DNA from: Vicugna vicugna
Lineage: Eukaryota
Length of the DNA stretch: 64,000 nucleotides
Reading direction: 5' to 3'
Assembly (NCBI GenBank): GCA_013265495.1
Contig: MU058463.1
Location: 4,238,244 to 4,302,243, forward strand
The notes beneath the pieces are model-generated. The model was not told the DNA's origin. It was given only the letters and a program-made list of their open reading frames with translations, and searched no databases. Of the stretch, positions 50,651 to 64,000 are shown piece after piece (the stretch's first letter is position 1; the number at the start of each line of letters is the position of its first letter). The position numbers and the translations under genes were made by a program.

Positions 50651-53600
50651 TGATTGGACCCTGTCCAGTGTGTAGAAGATTCCTTGAAATCTTCTCAAGC
50701 CCTTCTGACTCATTCGCGGTTAAAGAGATTAAAGAGATCAGAATTGATAGCACTGACTGGGAATAGTTAGTTTGGAAAGGTCATTCATTACACAGTCTTT
50801 TGATCCTCTTTAAAGGTAGACCTTTAGAAGACTCAGGAGCCGGAATTAGGATCCCATGGAGGCAGTTCAGTGACTATAAATGAATAAACTTTTGGAAAGT
50901 TACAGGTGTAAGTAAAGAATCTCGTGCTGGCACAATGAAGGATCCTGTGTTTTCCATGCAGATTTAAAGGTCTTCGCCTGTGGCTTAAACTTAAAGAAAG
51001 TTCCCCTCCTGCCTGAGGAGGCACCCTTTCTCCTGGGCGCACCGCCAGAAGCCCTAGGTTCCAGCGGTTGACATGGCAGCCGTTAATGGCTAGAGGGGGA
51101 AAGAGAGCTGTCGCTGACAAGAGCATGGCAGCCCCGTCACCAAGCACTGTGGGAAGTCAGCTGCCTGTGACTGTAGACCGAGCTGAGTAGTAATGCACGT
51201 CGTGGGTATTAGGAAAGCCCGTATTGTTGCAGTGAATGGCAGTAGGACCTTAGCTCTTAAGACTTGAGGGTGGGGTGGGGGGAGGGAGGAAGGAGGGTAG
51301 GAGGGGTGGGAAGGGAGGAGTAGACATACTCATTTATTATTTGAAAATTGGAAGTTTGTACCGTCCGTTTGAGTACATGCACATTAACAAAACATGCAAA
51401 GCATTTTATGAAGATTAACCACTGACCTACTCTTACGTAGCAGTTTATCGAACTGTTTTGAGTCCTAAACGTAGAAGTTGCTGATACTTATATAACCTAA
51501 CCAAAGAGTTACCCAGTAGGATTTTAGTTTTTGAACTTTATTTTCTTGTTGATTATAAGTCCTGATTTTAAAATCTACTTGAGCAAAATATGTTTGATTT
51601 GGGTTTCTTAGACTTAAGTTCTCCTATGAAAAGTCCCTATTTTCTCCAAGCCCAGCCACTGTTGACTTCTGGGCAAACCGAAAATGCCACTTTCATGCAG
51701 GTTGTTTGAAGTTAGGGTGGAATCTTTTCAAGTGACAGAGCTGCAGACAAATAAAAGCACCAAGGGCTGCCCATCTGTAGATAGCTGTAAAGTGGAGTAT
51801 TTTTAAATGAAGTCAAGTAAGTACTTAAAAGTGAGCCGAGCAATAAAATGGTGTTCCAGGTAAATGCAACAGAAACAGAAGGAGACCTGGTTGCCTTATA
51901 CCTTTAACATGGACTAAATCCCCACTGTATATCCTATCTACACCTAAGTGAAGGGAAGTGAATCCTTATCTTTCATGCTGTGAGGCTCCTTTGGATATTC
52001 TGTGATGACGGAGAAGCCTTTCCTTTTTCATTTGTTTCAGCATCTTTCTCTGAAGTATGTTTTTAAACTATTTTGTAAGAGTCGTTTTCAGTGTTTAAAT
52101 TAGCGCTATTTTTCCTTCTTTTTAAAAATGAATCTTGTACTGTATCTTACTATATCCATAACAGATGTTAAGAATTGGAACAGTTTTATTCTTAACTCAT
52201 GTGCTCCAATCTGTATATACCATATATAAACATTTTACACGAATCATTTAGTTTTTTAATTCATTTACTAATGCCGTAAACTTTCATATATTTACCCCCA
52301 ATAACTTGCATCAGATGGTGTATATACTAAAGCAACATGTTTTGATGAGTTTGTTATATCCTTGTCTGTTGGGAAATTGGTCTAGGAAGAAATACATAAT
52401 TAAAAAGCTGAATTTGCTCCATACTTTTTTGCTTAGATATTAGTTATATACTAATATGTCAATTAATTGTCTGCTTAAATCAAGGTACCTGTATTTTAAT
52501 CCACTAATTCTTCTTTTTTTATTGGAAAAGAGAAAGATTTGAAGTTTTTCACTGGAGTTACATTTTTAGCAAAATAAAGTTCGCTTAATATACAAAGACT
52601 GTCATTGTTAAGAGAAGCAGAAGCAGAAACTCAGAAAGTTGTATTTGCTTATGTGTTGAAGTGTGTTCTCAGACTAGGTAATGCATCAGAACTTACCTCA
52701 GTTTCAAGCCTGAAATGGTTTTGGAATGCTGTTCACAGGCCAAAAATTAGTGTCACAGAGATTTCTCTGCCCCATGTGGTATTTTGTTAGATGGGGCAAC
52801 AAAAAACACGTAATTGGGAACATCTTGGAACAGATTAAAACTACTGACATATTGACATATGGCAAGACTCTGAGGTTCTGATTTTCCTTATTAAATATAC
52901 TCAACTCCAGGAGTCATGGGACACTGCTCAAGTTTTGTCTCTGCCACTCAAATCTTAGAAATTTTATCTTGTAAAACTTTGAGTTGAACTATTCTACTGC
53001 TTTGTGCGCACACACTCACTCCTCCATACATCCTTGCTGCCCTGCAGAGCTCCCCTACCCCTTCCATTATCTGAAAGACTGGGAATTGAATGGTTAGAGA
53101 CAGAAAACCAACCTCTTTTTCTATGGTGACTACCCCCTCTAAAGTTGGAAGTTGACACATGAAAACATTCTACTTTCAACCCAAAGTAAAGGCTGGGTAG
53201 GAAACACATGCTTACATTGGGTGGATGGTATAACTGACTTAAGATGGCTTGGCCTGGGCACTTTTGAGTCCCTTCTCCATGTGCCTTGGGCCACAGAAGA
53301 ATCCTTAGTGGTCTACAAAGTGGGCTGGAGTGTTGGTTGTCACCTGTGAGCTTAGATGAGATATTGAGGGTCCATTTGAGTGAGCCCTCCAAAGACATTC
53401 AGTAACCCGGGAGGGGGTCATAAATTAGTCAGAAATTATGACTGCAGTAATTTGACTCAGTGTAGCATGTATTTACATATATAATAACTAATTACCATTT
53501 GGTTCATAAATACAACTGAGTGTCATTAGATTTTGATAACAAATTTAACTTCTTAAAAAGAATTGATGACAATAGTGGTTAAAAAAAAAAACAGGTACTA

Positions 53601-55276
53601 TGTTCAATGCTTTTGGACCAAGTGTTTGACAAGTTGCCTATCTTGTAATACATGTAGACTATGAAACATGCTCATTCTAATTTTTCAAATTATGTTTTGT
53701 GGAAGATACTCCTTAAAGGTGTGAGACCTAAATTTTTTTCCCTTTCAATGCAGTTTTCACTCTTGTATTTTATTTGGTTTTTGCATTGATAGCAAAGTAA
53801 TCATTTATAATACTAGCCAAAATGGTCTTCTCTTTCAAACCAGATCCATTTATACGTGGGACCTGTTGCTTCTCTGGGGAAGAGCATTTTTACCTGTGAG
53901 TTCTCAGACAAAAATGGGCAACTGGCAATGCTCATAACATATTCCAGGTTTTATTGGAATTTTCCATGGAATGTCATTATTACATTAAAGCCATGAAAGG
54001 TGAAGTTTTGATAATTTTTTACTTTTTAAATTATGGTAAATTCTAATCTAACATTCAAAAACATTTTTGTACTCCACATGAAAAATGCTGAATTATAGTG
54101 CAGACATTTAGAAAAGTATTGACTGGAGGGGTTGAATTCCTTAAGAATGTCTTTTATGGTCAAAATCATAAATACTGTACTCACCTTAAATTTCTAAAAT
54201 AGCAAACTGAACATTTTTATTGTAAGCCAACCAGAGTAAATCCTTTGGAATTTTTTTCTGATTTTTTTTCCCTTATTATAACTCATGTAAAAACTGAATT
54301 GGTTTTCTTAGATGACCTAAATCTGTCTCTTGAGAAATAAATAAAATACTCTTATGTTTCCAGTGGTGATAGCACCTGAAATAGGCTTTCCTAGAGACAG
54401 AAGCACATTATGTAGAAGTTAACTTGTCTTTGTCACAATTTTGGACAACATCTAAAAGTATTAATGTTTGAAGATTTATGTTCTCTACTGGGGCCCTCGA
54501 AACTTAGATGAAAGAAATTAAACCAGAATATCTACATTAGCGTATAATCTCACGGGGTAGGAAGATGAAATAGTTGACCAAGAATTCTTATCACTGTATA
54601 TACATTTTGTGATTTTTTTTCCCAAGCCAAGTTTTTTTTTTTTTAATTTTAAATGTGTTTTGAGGTATGTGAACATTAATTGTAATGTAAACTATTATAC
54701 AGCTGTCTTTGTGACTTTATAGGCAGGTGAATTTTGCTATTGCTATTGAATACAAATGATGATAATTCATTTATGACCACTCAAACAGCGTTTGTGACAT
54801 GTAATGACAAAAATTAAAGCATCCATTATGGGTATTAATTTTGAAGATGTAAGTTATATGTTATTTAAATTTTTCTGGGCATCTGAAAACCTCTTATCTG
54901 TGAAACAATGTAAGATTCCCACAGTGTTCTGGGATTATGAAATTGTTGAAAATGTTACAGGCTAAGTGATACGTATCACTGAGCCATTTTCTCAAAATTG
55001 AAGGAGAAAGGGAAAAAACTCTATACAATTATCCGACTTTTTTAATGAAACAGAAAGCCAAGGGAAAAAATCCTTTTATATTTTAAAAGACACTGAAGAA
55101 GAAGTCTTTTCAGACATGCCCAAACTTTTCCTTGAGAATTCTTCAACCATCTAAATGCTCCAGAGATTTCGGTTCTCTCCGTTCACAACCAGTTGTATAA
55201 CAGAAATACGCGATGCTGTTTTCCTCCGTGTGTGTGAAGGAATGGATCATTGATTATGTGACTTGTTATGTATTCT

Positions 55277-55296
55277 ATTAAACACTAAGGAATAAA
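55277..55296 (+). terminator. KCTD12: Polyadenylation signals ATTAAA (55277-55282) and AATAAA (55291-55296)
   Basis: Hexamers preceded by TGTA and followed by GT-rich sequence (~55320-55342). Confidence 0.7.
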
Positions 55297-58200
55297 ACAT
55301 TCACTCCTTTAATTATTCCTCGTGGCCTGTGGGTATGGTTTGGCTCAAACACTGGTCTAATTTCACTCAAGGAGTTCCCTGAATACTTGTAATGCTGTTT
55401 AAATTGTTGCGGGGCTGATGCCATCAGAAGGATTCCTCGCTGGATAATTGGCCAGCTGGGCCTGGAGTGAACGGGCTCTTTCCCCAGAGTTTATTGTCAA
55501 GAACCCCTGTTGTCAGGGTGGTTCGGTCCTCCATGTGAAGTTAATAAGTCCTTCACATTTTCTTTGACCACAGCCTTGGCAACATGTGTGAATTATTTTG
55601 AACCTGGAGGATGTAGGTAGAGATGACTTCTTAAAGTTTGTAGGGAGAAGGACATAGAAGCTGTGGAATGGGCCTTAATTAAAAGCACCATGGGTGAAGA
55701 TAAAATTCTAAAGAATGTGGGGAGAGGCTCTGCATTTTGCATAGTAGGGGCACTTTCCTGAACCACCCTCAGTCACTGATGTCCCTCCTCTTGAGAGAAA
55801 GCTTAGTGCCCCCCAGGTTGAGACATCACAGAAGTGGGAGGCAGCCACACAGGCCGTGGCTACTGGTCTGTGGCACCGGAAGCCGGGAGTCGGGCGGGGA
55901 ACCAGGCAGGCTTCGCCCTTCCTCTTTGCTTTTGCCTGTACTTCCTCTGGATAGCTTTTGTTTTAAAGTGTGTGTACAAATACACACACACATATACCAT
56001 TTAGTTTTTTAAAAGTTTATGGTGAAAAATTTTAGCAATATAAGCACATAGATCATGAAAAGTAACTCCCTCCTCCAGTAACCCCTAGTTTTTTCTAGGG
56101 GTAACCCTTGGTATGTCTTTCCAGAGACATTCCATATAAATGAGTGAATGAGTGACTGAATGAATGAATACATAAATAAATTCATTTCTCTCTTTTTTTG
56201 TGCTCACAAGGATTTATACCTGTTCCTTGCCTTGCTTGCTTTCTTTGATTACTCACCCCAAAGCTCTTACACTGCATGCTTTTACACGTAGCAATGACTT
56301 ACTTCGTCTTATCTGATGGCTACATGATATTCTGCGTGATGTGCTATTTTCTAGATGGGCTGTCATTTCTTTTAGTAGTCTTTTTTTGATGGACATCTAA
56401 GTTTCCAGGTTTCTTTGTTTCTACTTCAAAGAGTGCTTTATTGAATATCTTTTTACATATATGCAAATATATCTGAGTCTTTTTGTATGAAGTGATGCCA
56501 AGAGAGCACCTGGAGGTACTTTTTCTTCTTTGGGGCTGTAGAAATAGTAGGATTCACTGGAAATTAGTAAGGGAGCTGAGTGAATAATGACAAAGTAACT
56601 TGGAAGTGCAGTGCTGGGATAATCTGAGTAATTCTAGGAGTGAGAAAGGGGGATATCTAACTCACACCATAGGCTCCCTGGAGGACGAGATGCCAGAACT
56701 GAAGCTGAAAGGTAAGGAAGAGGAAGTGGAGAAAACTTCTAAGCACAGGCCCACTTAATGAGGAGAGACTCGGAGACAGTAAGAACCAGAGACTCATGGG
56801 CAAAAAAAAAGCCTCCCTTCTCTGCATCCCCCAAAACCCCACAACCAAAAGAACAAAAAAGCCAACCAACCAAACAGAAAGCAGCTGGAGAGGCAGTGAC
56901 AGCCTCATATACCATATTAAAAGATTTAGAGTTTTGTTCTTTGGGATGAAGAATTTTAAGCAGAATGTGAAATAGAGGGTTTCATTTTGCAGAGACCACT
57001 TGAGGCCCTCTGTCAGGGGTGTGTTTGATGGTCAGAGGGAGTTAGAAGCCAGTTAGGCAGCTGTTTATGGGGTAAAGTTTGTGTGCGTTAAGTCACATGC
57101 AGAGCACGTGGCTGCAGGGGTAGGGTAAGGTTCTGCTCACCTCTTTTCTCCCTTCAAACCTCTTGGGTCATGCAGTTTTACAGGAAATTTGTTTGCAATA
57201 ATGTTGGGAACACCGTGTTTGAATGAAGAACTCCTGTCTTCTATTAATGCCTAGTTTCATCATCAAGAGACACATGACAGAGTCTTTAAAGAGACCTAAT
57301 ACATTATTTAGTAGGTAGTTTATTGAGCACCTGCTATAACGTGTCAAGAACTCTGAAGTAACAGCTCATCCCTTCAGCTTTCAACGGTCGTTAATTGAGC
57401 CCCTCGTACATTTGAGACACCCCCATATCCTTTCTGGTATATTTTCCTTACCTTCAGCAACAGAGAGCAAGGGGGCGAACTGACCAGTTAAAGGGCCTTT
57501 ACCTCTGGACTGACCAGAAATCACAGAAAACTTAGCATTGTTAGTCCTTATACACTTCACTTGTTTGGACTTTTAAGAACACTACCTTTTCTCCCACAGT
57601 TAAAAAAAATTCTTTTCATAGCTGCTAAGAACGATACCCCCTGTCCCCCACCCCTCATTTTTAAACTGGAAAAGACGGAGCTCAGTGATGGCAGGTTCTA
57701 AAATTGTTTGGGCTTCTCTTTTGTTACAGGAACTGACAACATTTACCCAAGTTATTTACAAATTACTCCTCACTAATTCATTGTCTCTGTCCAATCTAGT
57801 ACTTTCTGGGTGGGTGAGAAAGAATTGAGGTAAGAGCCAGCCCTCATTTCTGCATATAGAAGAAAAGGGCAGTAGAAATATCTTCTTGTGCAGCCTTTAT
57901 CTTTCTTCTGTGGAAAGCATTGAAGAAAAATCACAGGTTAGAGTGAGAGGAATGGGAAGGAAATACAACTAGGACTCTAAATTTCTTGGTGACTTGGGTT
58001 GCATGCTTCTACTTTACAACATGGTCTTAATCTTCACTCATCCTGGACATTTGCCCATTTGTAGGAGGGGAAAAGAGCGTTTATTTCTTTATTTTTGTTT
58101 CAGGGCTCCACACTGCCTAGCACATAATAGATCATCAGTAAAAGTTTGTTGAATAAATGAATGAATGCTTATGTGAATTCATTTTTTTATGATCGGGGGA

Positions 58201-58872
58201 AAAAGAACTAATTTAAAATTTTCCCTTTACTTTTTTTTTGGTAATACTACCAAGAATCAATAATCCCGTATGTATTTTTTGAAAGTTACTACTGTATTTT
58301 TCATAAACAAATACATAAAAATAACTATCCTTCTCTTTGACTTGAAAGTCACAGAGATTATGACGAGACCTGAACTGATTTGGGTATTTTTTTCTGAATA
58401 GTTATTAGGTAGCAGCTGCTCCACAGCCCAAAACACTTGGCAACGTTTTCACTTTATGATGGAAGTCAAGTTCACTGACAGCAGTATTATAGACTTTCCT
58501 CTGGGGCTATTATTTGTTACAGAGTTTTGAAAATCTTAACTGGAAAGTTTCAAGAGGTGCCTCTTAAGAGTTGTAGGAAAGAAATTTGACTTCCTTGAAA
58601 TGCTGGAGTATACTGTTTCAAATGTTCAGCTGGTGAGAGTTGTGGGTTTTTAAAACGACAGTTTCAAGGACTTTAAAAAAGTAAATGATCCGTACAATAG
58701 TGCTGTTACCTTAGAATAGCACATATGTTGTTTTTCTTCTCTGCTCAGAATCATGTGTTTTGAAAGTATAAATTCTCTCCCTGAGTTTTTGTTGGAAACA
58801 CAGTTGGAAGGTCAAAGTTTCATCTACTAGATCTGAGACAGTTTCTTTTAAAATGTGAGCAAGAAACAATGA

Positions 58873-59212
58873 TGCTATAGACTGTTTATGGCCTCCCAAA
58901 ATTCATATGCTGAAACCCTAATCCTCAGTGTGATAATATTTGAAGCTGGGGACTTTGGGCTCCACCCTCATGAATGGAGTAAGTGCCCTTGTAAAAGAGA
59001 CCCCAGAGAGTTCCCTTGTCTCTTCCACTATGTGAAGACACAATGAGAAGACAGATGTCTATGAGCCAGAAAGCTCCCCTCATCAAACACTGAATCTGCC
59101 AGCTCCTTGATCTTGGACTCGTCAGCCTCCAGAACTGTGAGCGGCAAATGTGTGTTGTCTAAGCCAGCCAGTATATGGTATTTTTGTTACAGCAGCCCAC
59201 ACTGACTATGGC
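58873..59212 (+). mobile_element. MaLR LTR (MST/MLT1A-like)
   Basis: 'tgctatagactg...cccaaaattcatatgctgaaaccctaatc...ccttgatcttggact..cagcctccagaactgtgag...gcagccc...ctgacta..gca'. Confidence 0.8.
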
Positions 59213-60544
59213 AAAGTTCCACAATAGTGAAATTTTATTATCCTGTTGTTATAATTCTCCTCTAATGCATAGTTGTCTTCCCCTGGTGTCTTAAAACAAT
59301 TCTCAAAAAAACTTCATGTTATTATCATCATGTAGTTTAATTCTAGATTTGAGTCAGTTTGGGGATAAGTAAGGAAAATCACTACTTTTATTTTAGTTTC
59401 TGGATCTAACAGATGGAAGGAACTTCTGGGGCTTGAATCCTTTGGCTTTTGGTTTTTGTTCACTCTACTTTAGGAACCCACACATAATTGATAAATCTAC
59501 TGGTGACTTGCCAGTTAAAAGGAAAATTCACTTCGCTATAGGAAATTAACCAGAAAAAATAACTAGCCAAGAAAGAGCAGAGACAAGGGAGTCCCCATCT
59601 CTTAAAAAAAGACTGAAATTAAAATTGCCAAACACTGCATTGAAAGACTATGGGAAACTAACTCCTTTAATTGTAACATGCCATTTCCTTCCAGGGAAAT
59701 TTCAAAACTGGGGCTAGAGTTCTATAGGGATTATTGTTAGCATTCTGTGAAGGAAATTGATCTTGGAAATTATGGTTAGTGATCATCACTGCCTTCCACT
59801 TCAGTCTTTGTCTCTCAAAAAATGAGAGTGTCTGTGGTTCTAGTGAAAAAACAATGTAGAAATGTTTTCCTTAATTCCAAAGTTTGGAGTTTTGTGATAG
59901 CTGGATAGTTTCATACTTTGAAGAAGTTTCCATAGTCTCTATGAAATATGTACAGCTAAAATAACATTTATTAATAAAGCTAGGGCTATGGGAAGCTAAA
60001 ATGAACTTTATTAATAAAGCTTTACGAAACTTCTATCTTCCTCAGTAGTTCATACTTCGTATCGGTTAAACCAGAAATGGCTTAGTCTAAAAGCTAAAGG
60101 TTTTTACAAAAAAACTGAATGAGCATGCCTTTGTGTTAATATTCTTTAATCAATGTTTATAATACCTTTTTTAAGCAAAGTGAAGTATATTTGTTAAAAA
60201 AAACTTTTTTCAATTTCACAGGTACAAAAACATCCTTGCCTAGTCCTGTACTGTGTCTCCAGTTCAAGGCACCCAGAAGCTGCTTGCACATGTTAAGTTC
60301 CCCCAGGCTGTTAATAGGGAGCTAGAGAAAGATGGGATCAGTCAGGCGTTGAGCAGTGGGAATGTAGGCAGCATGACTGTGAAAGGACAAGAATTCCCTT
60401 TTTGTATAAAAAAGTTAAATTAGTAAACCAGTATAAATGCTGTCCTTCAAAACAACCATTTTGGTAAACTTCACATTTATTTCAATAAGAGCTACTGGAA
60501 ATTAACTGAAAATGATATTTAGCAGATTATTAGTAGACAGAAGG

Positions 60545-60730
60545 GAGGGGGTATCTATTAAAACCTTGTCTTTGGAGAAGATGAAAGAGTTCCGGAGATG
60601 GTTGGTGGTAATGGCGGCACAACAATGTGAATGTGCTTAATGCCAAAGAACTGTGCATTTAAAAATGATTAAAATGGTAAATTTTATGGTATGTATATTT
60701 TATCACAATAAAATAATATGGATTTAAAAA
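60545..60730 (+). mobile_element. Old L1MB-like 3' end
   Basis: 'gatgaaagagttccggagatgg...cacaacaatgtgaatgtgcttaatgcca..gaactgtgcatttaaaaatg..taaaatggtaaattttatg'. Confidence 0.75.
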
Positions 60731-61607
60731 AGGTAACATAAAAATATAGAAAATTATAAAGCAAATAAAAATTTTTACTTAACCCTACCAAAAATGTTGG
60801 CATTAAAATCACCTCCAGTTGTGATGAAGAACTATGGAAAGTCACTCCCCTGGTTGTGTTATACCAGTAATGTAATGCTCAAACTTATCAGCAGTTCTTC
60901 ATTTGGATGATTATGAATCACACAATAAAATCTGATAACTTTTAGTAACCTTTTAATTTCTAAAAATTTGAGAATATTTTGTGTCAATATGTGCTTAAAT
61001 TTGCATTATGTGAATTTTCTATTTTTGGTGCTTCATCCATCTCCATTAGCTCAAATAACTAAGAATTGTTACTCAAATTGAACTGAAATGAAATTCCACC
61101 CAATCTGGAATTCCAAAGGGCTTTGCAAGAACATCATAATTCCTATTCCACAAGTCAAAGAGAGGAATGAATAATTTTTCAGGGAGGTAAGTGTGTTTAG
61201 AGTCAGGAACCAACTTAGCATTTCTAATATTAAGAAAAGTTCTGGTCTGTGTTCTGTCTATTAACACTCTGATTGTTTTATAAATTACTTTAGTGTTTAC
61301 AGGGCTTGTAGCATAAGGCTAGTCTTTATGGAACAAAGGTATGTAATGGAGAAATCACAGTTGTTCGTCTGCCACAGGAGAGTTAAGGATGACTAACAGC
61401 TGTGAGACTCTGTCTCAGCTGTTTTGGAGTTGGCATCACTGGGGAAGTTGAATCAAAGCTGAAGGTTGCCACTTAGGAGGAAGTAGATGCTTCAGAGTAA
61501 TGGATTGTAAACTTGGGTGAAATTGAAACTGGGAAGGAAATACATACCAGATGGGAGAGGAACCGATTCAGTTGAAGCAGTTTGGGAGATTAGATATACA
61601 GACAAAG

Positions 61608-61842
61608 CAATAGTTCTCAATGGGGTGTTGGGATGGGGGAGCAATCCTCCCTGCACCCCAGGGATCATTTGGCAACATCTGGAGACATTTTTGTTGTCAT
61701 GAATTTGGGAAAGGGTGCTACTGGCATCTAGGGAGCAGAGACCAGGGGTGCTGCTAAACATTCTATTAATATATAGGACAGCCTCCCAAAACAAAGAATG
61801 ATTTGGCCTCACATGTGATAGTTCTGAAGGTGAGAAGCCCTG
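61608..61842. mobile_element. MER20-like hAT remnant
   Basis: Similar to the copy at 332-525. Confidence 0.7.
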
Positions 61843-62246
61843 TGATAGAAAGGAGAATGGCTGGGCGGACAAAGGAATGGCCAAGGTAAGGTATTTGGTC
61901 CAAGTGTAGAGCAATGTATTGAATGTTGTTGAAGAGGAAAAGGTTATGTGACTTAAGTGAAGGAGAGAAATGGCGAGCAGGTAGCTAGACTCTTGCTAAG
62001 GTACTTTTGTAACCTTGGTGCGTGTTCCATTGGGGAAGCCAGCACCCAGAAAAGAATTGAACAGAAAGTCTTGCTAGACAGTGTGTCAAGTCTGGAGAGG
62101 AGCAAGACTTCATAACAGACAGCAAAATGAAGGTCAAGAGGCTCTATAAAGATAAAAAAAGTGCACAAATATGATGAGTCTGGGTAGGTAAGTGTGGAAG
62201 TTGGAAGACATGGGAGGTAAAAAGGAACAGAAGCTAGCAAGGCGGA

Positions 62247-62410
62247 ACAATGGTTCTCACACCTGTCTACACATGAGACTCACTCAGGGAATTAACAAAA
62301 TACTGATGCCGGGGCCTCACCTCAGATCAAAGTGAGTTCTGAACTTCAAGTATGTTTATAGGCATTTCCCAAATATTTTGAATGTGCATCTAGGGCTGAG
62401 AACTGCTGTC
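62247..62410. mobile_element. MER5A-like hAT remnant
   Basis: 'caatggttctca...actcactcaggga...actgatgcc.gggcctcacc...gggctgagaactgctg'. Confidence 0.55.
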
Positions 62411-64000
62411 TTAACAGGTCAATAAAGTCAAGGAGAAACGAAAAGGGCAACTAGAACAATACTCTGAAATAAGCTGCCTGTCCTCTGTTGCAATATTTTG
62501 CTACCCATCCTTTGCAGGGATGTGTATAGGCTGTGGCTGAGGTGCGCATGCCCAGAGCGTGAGGCCGAGGTTTCACTTATAATCTGAGAACAAGGAGGCA
62601 GAGTGGGCCACAGGAGTCTCCCTCCTTACTAGTGACCTATGACTGAGCTTTGGGTTTAAACTTCCAGAGAGTCCCCAAAGTACCTTGTAATGAAAAGAAT
62701 TCACTTCGAGGAAAAATAACGTTCAATAAGATACACGAACAATTAAAAATTATTTTGTATTCTGCATAAGAGAGAGAATGACATTATAAGAGAAGCAGTG
62801 AGAAGCCATCACACTGTAAGTATCCTGGAGAAAGTGCATCATTTTCTCTTACTTCGGTGCCCAAGGAAGGGTGATGAACTGGCTAGCAGGTGCCTCTCAC
62901 GCCCTCCTTTTCAGAAGGTCATCCCTTATCCGCCTTTTCTAAATCTGAGAAAATTCCTTTTTAGTAGAAAGGGAATATGAATGGAAACATTCTCTGTCTG
63001 CAGATTCCTGGGACATTTTCAAAGGGATTGAGTAAGTGGCTGGCGGTGAGAAATCTGTTCCATTTTCATTTGTCTCTAGCGGGGCCTGGTGGCAATTTAA
63101 TATTCTTTATTATTATTTTACATGCAACTTCCTTCCTAGCTTATGATTCCTGTCAGGACTGTGTATTATTCCCCATTAGTCATTTTTCTTGGGTTGGCCT
63201 ATGATGCTTCAAAGGCGGGCTGGTGTATTTCAGTCATTTTGCTCACAATTTGATTTGCTTTCTCTGAATCCCAATTTAGTTCCATCAGCACATTTCAACA
63301 TACAACAGCTGGGCCCCTGGATGGGCTCATTTACATACATTAGCAGCTGAAAGCTAAGCACCAGTGACCCAGAAGCTGGCCTGATATTTTCCCAGAGTCT
63401 CACCTGACATTTGTTTAAAATAAACTCAGCCTCCCTGTTTGTAACTATTGGTGTCAGTGACAGTATCCTGTGAACAGTTTAAAAAAACTGTTGGTCTCCA
63501 GGTAACTTTTAAACTAAAACACATTGCTCAAAAGCCCTAAAGGATGATCAGAGAACAGGTTTGGTCCTACTTTAGTGTTGGGTAAGAGTATTCCCTGCTC
63601 CCATTACAATTATCTTTATTATTAGACAAGTGATAGAGGAAACATTTTCTTAATTGGTCAAAGATTGCCTAAAGGCAGATAATCCATTAATCCATAAACA
63701 CTGTGACTGAGACACCGAACATGATTCCAAACACACAGTCGTGACATAAGGACATGGTGTGAGGCCTATGGACAACTCAGGTTTCTTTGTCTACGTTGAA
63801 ATTCTTGAACTATAGTCTTGGTCTATGTAGTAGGCTGAAAAACATATGCCACTCCACCCCCGCCAAAAAGAAGGTATTGCCAATCCTAATTCCTAGAACC
63901 CATTATTGTGAAAAAAAGTGTCTTTGCAGACGTTGATTGAGTTACGGATTTTGAGATCGGGATTTTTGGTTATATGCGTGGTTCTTAAATGCTTATTAGA

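Overview
This is mammalian (eutherian) genomic DNA. The young L1 3' ends and the absence of Alu, B1 or BovB-type SINEs suggest a cetartiodactyl, probably a camelid, but that is inference. The only cellular gene is the intronless KCTD12 (CDS 49312-50292, +), with a CpG island and a ~5 kb 3' UTR. The rest is intergenic and rich in retroelements. These include a full-length inactivated L1 with a 17-bp TSD (5121-12187) and a 5'-truncated L1 carrying a 3' transduction (13527-14276). There is also an internally deleted class III, ERV-S-like provirus with a tRNA-Ser PBS, a 5-bp TSD, a gag-pro readthrough-type stop and a gamma-type env remnant (19435-23412). An L1 5'UTR/3'UTR fusion that looks like a retrotransposed spliced L1 RNA lies at 40985-41646. 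Many older MaLR, MLT2, MIR, L2 and hAT fragments are present, plus two assembly gaps inside the full-length L1. I found no convincing novel protein-coding system. Repeat family names were assigned by eye and need RepeatMasker/Dfam confirmation.
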